The notes beneath the pieces are model-generated. The model ran no database searches. It had not been told where the DNA came from and worked only from the letters and a program-made list of their open reading frames with translations. 20,000 nt of DNA from an uncultured virus (IMG/VR IMGVR_UViG_2671181191_000004) (taxonomy: Duplodnaviria; Heunggongvirae; Uroviricota; Caudoviricetes), in IMG/VR virus record IMGVR_UViG_2671181191_000004, one strand, 5' to 3'. Shown one piece after another: positions 14,894-20,000 of this stretch. Every line of letters starts with the position of its first letter. Position 1 is the first letter of the stretch. A program made the translations under genes and the position numbers.

Positions 14894-15117
14894 TTAGTAG
14901 TTCCTTACTACATAGAACTTCCCTTTAGGAGCTCCTTCTTGCTGAATAGAATAAAGTACATCTTCCGGTTCTACAAGCCGATTGGCTCTCGCCAAACGAT
15001 TCAAATCTTGAACCATACGGGACACTTTCACATAAAGAGATAAAGAGAAAGGTAGCTTATCATTTTTCTTTATCAGCTTCTCTTTGACTTTTTTCTTTCT
15101 TCTGATTCTTTTGCCAT
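14894..15117 (-). pseudogene. 74-aa hypothetical gene with a 1-bp frameshift in an A6 run (15089-15094)
   Basis: Restoring one A gives MAKESEERKKVKEKLIKKNDKLPFSLSLYVKVSRMVQDLNRLARANRLVEPEDVLYSIQQEGAPKGKFYVVRNY*, which fills the gap exactly. Confidence 0.65.
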
Positions 15118-15144
15118 AAGATTTAATTTTAAATTAATGATTCG

Positions 15145-15226
15145 TGGATGGTAGAGGAATCGAACCCCTCTCACTCGTTTGAATTGATTGCGCAACACGA
15201 AGCTCTAACCGATAAGCTAACCATCC
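15145..15226 (-). tRNA. tRNA-like gene with an enlarged anticodon loop (identity undetermined)
   Basis: Acceptor stem GGATGGT/ACCATCC, D arm GCTT-ATCGGTTA-GAGC and T arm AGGGG-TTCGATT-CCTCT. The anticodon arm is 9 nt longer than canonical and CCA is not encoded. Confidence 0.75.
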
Positions 15227-15265
15227 AAAATAATAAAGGTGCGCTATTCTCACGAACGACACACC
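15227..15265 (-). terminator. GNRA-loop hairpin with a U-rich tail
   Basis: Minus strand reads GGTGTGTCGTTC-GTGA-GAATAGCGCACC followed by TTTATTATTTT. Confidence 0.6.
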
Positions 15266-15306
15266 CCAGTACAAACACAAAATAAAACACGACAAAAACA
15301 GTTATG

Positions 15307-15489
15307 TCAATAATCCTCTTTCAACTCCGAATATGTCAAAACAGTAAGTATAATAGATAAAACAAACATTATAGATGTCAGTATAACACCGGACATATAC
15401 ATGGGACTATCCTTGATAACAGCATTACATAGTATCACTGTCATACATAATAATATGACCAATGAAAAAGAAAACATAATCACTTTCAC
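15307..15489 (-). CDS. Small two-TM membrane protein (60 aa)
   Basis: Two hydrophobic segments; GTGA overlap with the upstream stop. Confidence 0.65.
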   Translation of the reverse strand: MKVIMFSFSLVILLCMTVILCNAVIKDSPMYMSGVILTSIMFVLSIILTVLTYSELKEDY

Positions 15490-15683
15490 GGCAACTTCTC
15501 CTTTACTTTAGCAAGTGTGCATTTACTTTGGTGAACTGCATCATCAATACGCAGCATTAAACTATCCATTTCTCTTGTACGTCTTATAGACAAAGCCGCC
15601 AAACAATCAGTAGTAGCTTTCAATTCACGTGAAAGTTCTTTCACCGTATCTTCCAAGAATTTCATGTACTCGATTTCTTTCAT
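15486..15683 (-). CDS. Hypothetical coiled-coil protein
   Basis: ORF track; likely start is ATG at 15683. Confidence 0.65.
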   Translation of the reverse strand: MKEIEYMKFLEDTVKELSRELKATTDCLAALSIRRTREMDSLMLRIDDAVHQSKCTLAKVKEKLP

Positions 15684-16014
15684 AAACAATAAGTATTAGT
15701 TTGCGCCCGCCAACCTTTTAGACAGTTGTACCAGTAATCGAGAACTGACGGGCTTTTATATCAATACCAGTACGGACGCCCAACCCGTATGCTTACTGCT
15801 TAATGGACGGTTTTGCTGTGGTTTTACTTATCCATTGTTTTCGCGCCCAAAGTAGCGCCCTTACATTTGCTGAGTCGTAAGTTAACTCATCTTTTATTCC
15901 AGTCAAAAGCTAACTGTCATGTATCAATGTCACATGCTGACATACAAGCCCTTTATATCTTGCATTATTTCAGCTATATCGTGGGTGAAGAAGAAGATAT
16001 AGCAGTGTTCCACA

Positions 16015-16026
16015 ATGTCAAAGAAC
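16015..16026 (-). promoter_or_regulatory. boxA-like antitermination site
   Basis: Minus-strand GTTCTTTGACAT resembles the boxA consensus GCTCTTTAACA and is flanked by hairpins at 16038-16071 and 15973-16003. Confidence 0.55.
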
Positions 16027-16096
16027 TAATCAATAGTGCCCATGTAGAATATTCTCTACGTCTACACGGACTGTCGTGCGTTGCATAATCGTGCAA

Positions 16097-16186
16097 TCAA
16101 TCCTCATAGAAAAATTTATCACCTGACTTTCTGAACAGTCTATAGCCAGCGTACAGGCTTGCCAATGTTATCATCATTTCTATCAT
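16097..16186 (-). CDS. 29-aa peptide with a hydrophobic N-terminus
   Basis: MIEMMITLASLYAGYRLFRKSGDKFFYED*; ATGA overlap with the upstream stop. Confidence 0.55.
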   Translation of the reverse strand: MIEMMITLASLYAGYRLFRKSGDKFFYED

Positions 16187-16392
16187 ACCGCCATTCTGTC
16201 AAGTTGAAACTCTATGTACTCAATCTCTTCTTGAATACTCTGCAAGGCTTCTTCTTTGGTATCAGTATTACAGTATGTGCAAGCTTCTGCCTCTGACATA
16301 CCGTCTACTCTATCAAGCTCAGTACAAGCCTTATCTAAAGACTTTTCAAACTCATAAGCATCTATGCTGTCACATACCCTATACTGTCTCAT
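16183..16392 (-). CDS. Hypothetical acidic protein (69 aa, MRQYRVCD...)
   Basis: Likely start is ATG at 16392, 1 nt after the upstream stop. Confidence 0.75.
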   Translation of the reverse strand: MRQYRVCDSIDAYEFEKSLDKACTELDRVDGMSEAEACTYCNTDTKEEALQSIQEEIEYIEFQLDRMAV

Positions 16393-16393
16393 A

Positions 16394-16725
16394 TCATGCA
16401 ATCTTTAAAAGGTTAGCTTTTTTGTAGCATCTGAACTCTTGGCGTTCGGTATCATAGTAAGTTTGAACAGTGTCATTCTTCGCTCTTTTATCAGTACCTG
16501 TAATAGTTGGCATCAGCTTTTCATTCAGTGTGCCATAGGCTTCACGTACAGAACCATCTACTTTTTGAAAGTAGAACTTCACAATCTTACTTTTCATTTG
16601 AGCTTTCAGCTTTAAGTTTGCCAAGCAACTTTCAGTGCTTCACTCATTGAAAAACCATTTCTCTTCACGAAAGACCATGCAAGTGACATCACCTCTTTCA
16701 TTTGATTTCTAAAATTCGTGCTCAT
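16394..16725 (-). pseudogene. WYL-like/SH3 beta-barrel (DUF2693-like) protein with a 1-bp frameshift at 16621-16622
   Basis: MSTNFRNQMKEVMSLAWSFVKRNGFSMSEALKVAW joins ANLKLKAQM...VKFYFQKVDGSVREAYGTL...YYDTE..EFRCYKKANL if one G is restored. Confidence 0.75.
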
Positions 16726-16806
16726 AACCGTGTGATTTAATATGTTTATACTATTGCGTTACTCAAACTTTCTTCGTTTCTTTGTATCATTGAATGTTTG
16801 ATGATG

Positions 16807-16894
16807 CAAATATACTACAATATTGCAGTATTACAATAAATACAATGCAATATTGCATGTTTTTAATCTTTATTAATACTAAATTATTGCAGTA
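16807..16894. promoter_or_regulatory. Lysis/lysogeny switch: leftward promoter and three 18-bp operators (consensus TACTGCAATATTGCAGTA)
   Basis: TATATTTG (-) at 16807-16814; operators at 16813-16830, 16843-16860 and 16877-16894. Confidence 0.8.
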
Positions 16895-16895
16895 C

Positions 16896-17573
16896 ATGAC
16901 AACAGAAGAGTTACTCAAGAAAGCAGAAGAAGCTATTAAGTTACTTAAAGAAAGCAAGTTATCTAACTATGTGATATCAAAGCAGACCCATATATCACAA
17001 AGTACATTGGGTAATTACAAAAATGGGAAAACTAAACCAACACCTGCAAATACTGAAATACTACTGCAATTTTTCAGTAGTGAAAATGTATTGGCAATTG
17101 AGAATGAAGCAATACCATTAAACCAAAACTATATTATAAACGTACCATTAGTGAATCAATACGCACAAGCCGGCTATTTATGCGGATTTCAAGATGCGGC
17201 ATACATAGCTACACTACCTACTATACCTTTTATAATAGACCACGAAGCTAAAGGAAACTATGTAGCATTTGAAGTAAGAGGTGACAGTATGAATGATGGA
17301 ACTGAAGAGAGTTACCTTGAAGGAGATAGACTTCTTTGTAGAGAAATAGCTCCATATCTATGGGGAGAGTCTAAATTGCATATCCGGAAATGGGATTTCG
17401 TTATTGTACATGAAGAGGGAATTTTGGTAAAACGAATAATAGATCATAATGTAGAAAATCATACTATTACAATACATTCTTTGAACGATATGTATCCTGA
17501 CAGAGTTATTGATTTGGCAGAAGTTAGACAAATCTTCAATGTGATTGAATTGCAAAGACCAAGAAGGAGGTAG
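16896..17573 (+). CDS. cI: CI/LexA-like repressor (HTH plus S24 peptidase)
   Basis: HTH ISKQTHISQSTLGNYKNGKTKP, cleavage site AQAG, catalytic VRGDSM and VKRI. The likely start is ATG at 16896, since the ORF-track extension spans the operators. Confidence 0.9.
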   Translation: MTTEELLKKAEEAIKLLKESKLSNYVISKQTHISQSTLGNYKNGKTKPTPANTEILLQFFSSENVLAIENEAIPLNQNYIINVPLVNQYAQAGYLCGFQDAAYIATLPTIPFIIDHEAKGNYVAFEVRGDSMNDGTEESYLEGDRLLCREIAPYLWGESKLHIRKWDFVIVHEEGILVKRIIDHNVENHTITIHSLNDMYPDRVIDLAEVRQIFNVIELQRPRRR

Positions 17574-17611
17574 TTTAAAAGTTTAATATACAAACTATTA
17601 AAACTAATACG

Positions 17612-19075
17612 ATGAAATTCAATCAATACACATGGAATCTATATAAGCAATCTTCTGACGGACAAAAAGCTATTAAGGAGTTTGAAGAAGCCAATGAGAA
17701 AATGACTGAATACGAACTGTTTTCTAAATACAATCCTAATTCAGCACATTTTCTTTCAGAAGACTATTTTTTAGAAACATGCGACCTATTTTGGGCTTGC
17801 TCTTTCGACAGTGCAGAAAAGCCTGAAAACCATGAATCTGCAAAGCGATTTTATTATACACTCACGACCAAAGGGATATTTGATGAAGAGCATGTAGCAG
17901 TAATCAATGAGGGCGAATACCAATTAATGCTATCTGCTAATGATATGTTGTCATTCATGTTATATTACTTTGCCCCTGAATACTTTTTCCCAAATATTTT
18001 CAGAAGTCGTTTTTTCGTTTTAAATAAGATAACAGACACATTCGAGATAGAACTTCCTCCTATTCCTAAAAAATCTGATTATAAATCGAGATGTATGTAT
18101 TATTGGGAATTGTGCGAGGTATTTTATCGGTTTAGAATTGAAAACCAGCTCTCTCCAGCAGAGTTATGCGCATTTTTATATGACTATGCACCCAATTTTG
18201 TTTCAAAAGAAAAAACAGATATTCCACAACCGGCACAAGCATGGTTCATTGGTGGGAAAACAGCCCCGATAGAATCCATTTTAGATTTTACTTTTTGGCA
18301 GGCTAATCCTGAAACCCAAAAAGGCGATATTCTAATTCACTACGAAACATCACCAGTTAGCGCAATCACTTGTTTGTGGATCGCTCAAACAGATGGAGTG
18401 ATAGATCCATTCTTCCACTATTACAGCAATACGTATATAGGAAATAAAATAGATATTCCTCACATCACATTGAAAGAACTTCAAACAGACGATTATTTTT
18501 CAAAGCATCCGCTTATCAGAAAGAAGTTCCAGGGAGTGAACGGATGGCCGATGAGTAGCGAAGATTATTCTGAACTTCTACGAATGATAAAGGCAAAAGG
18601 GTTTGATACAGAAACCTTGCCAAAGCTGTACGCTCCTACACTACCCCAAAATGTAAGTATAGAGATAGAACGAGACGTAGAACAACAGTTATTAGAACCT
18701 TGGCTTAACTCTATGGGATGGCATGAGAACAAAGACTTCATTCGCCAATTACCAATACATGCAGGACGTGGGCACCGGATATTCCCAGATTACGCTTTGC
18801 ATTATGAAAATAAGCCGGATGAGGAAAAGTCCAAAGTGTTGATTGAAGCCAAACTTTACATGAAGAACAACCAAGAGATAGAAGAAGCATTTTTGCAAGC
18901 TCGCTCATACGCTTGCCTTCTTGAATCCACTATAATAGTTCTTTGTGATAAACAATGCCTAATAGTTTATGAGAAGAAACAAAGTTTTGACCGGGACAGC
19001 TATAAGAAATACTACTGGGAAGAACTAGAAAATCCCGATATATTCAACGAATTAAAGAACAAACTAAATATTTAA
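17612..19075 (+). CDS. Restriction-like nuclease with an EVE/PUA-like middle region and a C-terminal PD-(D/E)XK (HsdR_N-like) domain
   Basis: C-terminal ERDVEQQLLEPWL..MGW...RQ...PDYAL...LIEAK...AFLQARSYA; middle AWFIGG...W...KGDILIHY...I. Confidence 0.72.
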   Translation: MKFNQYTWNLYKQSSDGQKAIKEFEEANEKMTEYELFSKYNPNSAHFLSEDYFLETCDLFWACSFDSAEKPENHESAKRFYYTLTTKGIFDEEHVAVINEGEYQLMLSANDMLSFMLYYFAPEYFFPNIFRSRFFVLNKITDTFEIELPPIPKKSDYKSRCMYYWELCEVFYRFRIENQLSPAELCAFLYDYAPNFVSKEKTDIPQPAQAWFIGGKTAPIESILDFTFWQANPETQKGDILIHYETSPVSAITCLWIAQTDGVIDPFFHYYSNTYIGNKIDIPHITLKELQTDDYFSKHPLIRKKFQGVNGWPMSSEDYSELLRMIKAKGFDTETLPKLYAPTLPQNVSIEIERDVEQQLLEPWLNSMGWHENKDFIRQLPIHAGRGHRIFPDYALHYENKPDEEKSKVLIEAKLYMKNNQEIEEAFLQARSYACLLESTIIVLCDKQCLIVYEKKQSFDRDSYKKYYWEELENPDIFNELKNKLNI

Positions 19076-19079
19076 TATT

Positions 19080-19796
19080 ATGAAGAAGATTTTATTTTTA
19101 ATGACGGCTGCATTGATGATAATAGGATGCAGTAGCGATGATGACAATAATAATTCCGACGAGGGAGAACAAATTGATTTCCATTTCGATAAAAAAGAAA
19201 TTACAGCAACGTATGGGGAAGACTTACTTATTGAGCTAATGGGTATTGCCCCATCAAAATGCAATATATATTCTTCTGATGAGTTTATATTAGATGTTTC
19301 AAACAATAATGATAAAATTAAAATTGTCCCCCATTATGCAGGAAATGCCTTAGTTATAGCAGAATATAAAAACGTAAAAGATACATGTAACGTAAAAGTA
19401 AAGCCTACTTTATCTTATGCAGAAGAGCCAATTTTAACATTAGGAACATCTCGATCGGAAGTAAAGAAACAAATGTCACAATATCAACATAGCGGAACAG
19501 TTGGTGGGTATACTGGAGAAGATTATTTTTTTAATACGAAATCAAAAGTTTGCTACCAATTCGACACCAATGACAAATTAATCGCAATAAAACAAGAACT
19601 TACAAAGTCTTCTTATGGAATAAACAGGGTAAAAGAAGGACTTTCTCAAAGATATAAACAAACAAGTCATTCGAACAATGTTTATTGGTATTCACATCCT
19701 AATATAATGACTGTTAGAGTAGAAGAGCAAGTTTCCAAGGTCTATGTTTGGTTCGCAAAAGATGCAGTAATAATGGAACAATGTTATCCATGGTAA
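19080..19796 (+). CDS. Lipoprotein with an Ig-like domain
   Basis: SpII signal MKKILFLMTAALMIIG-C followed by SSDDD; Big_2-like SSDE...GNALVIAEY...DTCNVKV. Confidence 0.85.
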   Translation: MKKILFLMTAALMIIGCSSDDDNNNSDEGEQIDFHFDKKEITATYGEDLLIELMGIAPSKCNIYSSDEFILDVSNNNDKIKIVPHYAGNALVIAEYKNVKDTCNVKVKPTLSYAEEPILTLGTSRSEVKKQMSQYQHSGTVGGYTGEDYFFNTKSKVCYQFDTNDKLIAIKQELTKSSYGINRVKEGLSQRYKQTSHSNNVYWYSHPNIMTVRVEEQVSKVYVWFAKDAVIMEQCYPW

Positions 19797-19808
19797 AGCA
19801 TAAATATT

Positions 19809-20000
19809 ACGATTGGCTTTCTAACCATCGTACTTCTAATGTTCGGAGTACTGCAAATCATCCTCTTCTTCAAAGTATGGGGAATGACAAATGACATCAG
19901 AGGGATAAGAGACAAATACCTCAAAGATGAGGATGAAAAAGAAGAGAGGAAACGGAATACGATCCCCGAAATCAATAAGGGGATAAAACCGATGACCTAA
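19809..20000 (+). CDS. Small single-pass membrane protein (start uncertain: ACG at 19809 or ATG at 19839)
   Basis: Manual translation: IGFLTIVLLMFGVLQIILFFKVWGMTNDIRGIRDKYLKDEDEKEERKRNTIPEINKGIKPMT*, with TAA at 19998-20000. Confidence 0.65.
   Translation, partial: TIGFLTIVLLMFGVLQIILFFKVWGMTNDIRGIRDKYLKDEDEKEERKRNTIPEINKGIKPMT

Larger units (their letters stand above)
1..20000. mobile_element. Bacteroidales temperate prophage, partial (immunity, recombination, replication and accessory modules; both ends lie outside the window)
   Basis: CI-like repressor with a divergent early operon, RecE-like nuclease, SSB-like protein, HNH proteins, initiator with iterons, ASCH, ParB-like gene and dense small ORFs. 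No host housekeeping genes are visible. Confidence 0.9.

Noticed and set aside
15813..16088. Plus-strand 91-aa ORF
   Set aside because: It is opposite to the operon direction and overlaps minus-strand RNA structures and the boxA-like site.
2649..16734. Recurrent (CAC)ACGATT-ATG before several starts (2651, 3608, 14265, 14875; variant at 16725)
   Set aside because: It fits ordinary A-rich Bacteroidetes translation-initiation context and is not evidence of a separate system on its own.
16794..16895. N-terminal extension of the repressor ORF
   Set aside because: It would translate through the operators and promoter; ATG at 16896 fits the HTH start.

Overview
This AT-rich window looks like the early and middle part of a Bacteroides-type temperate prophage. 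The basis is TAnnTTTG promoter boxes, Bacteroidetes-style phage gene families and a CI-like repressor. Read from right to left, it holds the following modules. (1) An immunity region: an HTH-S24 repressor (16896-17573) with four 18-bp operators, followed by lysogeny cargo (a PD-(D/E)XK nuclease with an EVE/PUA-like middle, a lipoprotein and a small membrane protein). (2) A long leftward early operon with a boxA-like site, a tRNA-like RNA with an enlarged anticodon loop, a RecE-like nuclease, an SSB-like protein, two HNH proteins, a replication initiator with iterons, a DUF6633-like protein and an ASCH protein. (3) A + strand island with two small-RNA candidates and a type I toxin-like peptide (5.5-6.2 kb). 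(4) A HigBA-like toxin-antitoxin operon with a third gene. (5) An XRE-controlled array of small genes separated by stereotyped hairpins. (6) At the left end, a ParB-DUF4417-like gene followed by at least four tandem small basic ORFs that all begin MAKT[SA]GG[VLI]R but are otherwise unrelated. This last module is the best candidate for an undescribed system. Three genes have single-base homopolymer losses, probably sequencing errors. All family assignments are by eye; no database searches were run.
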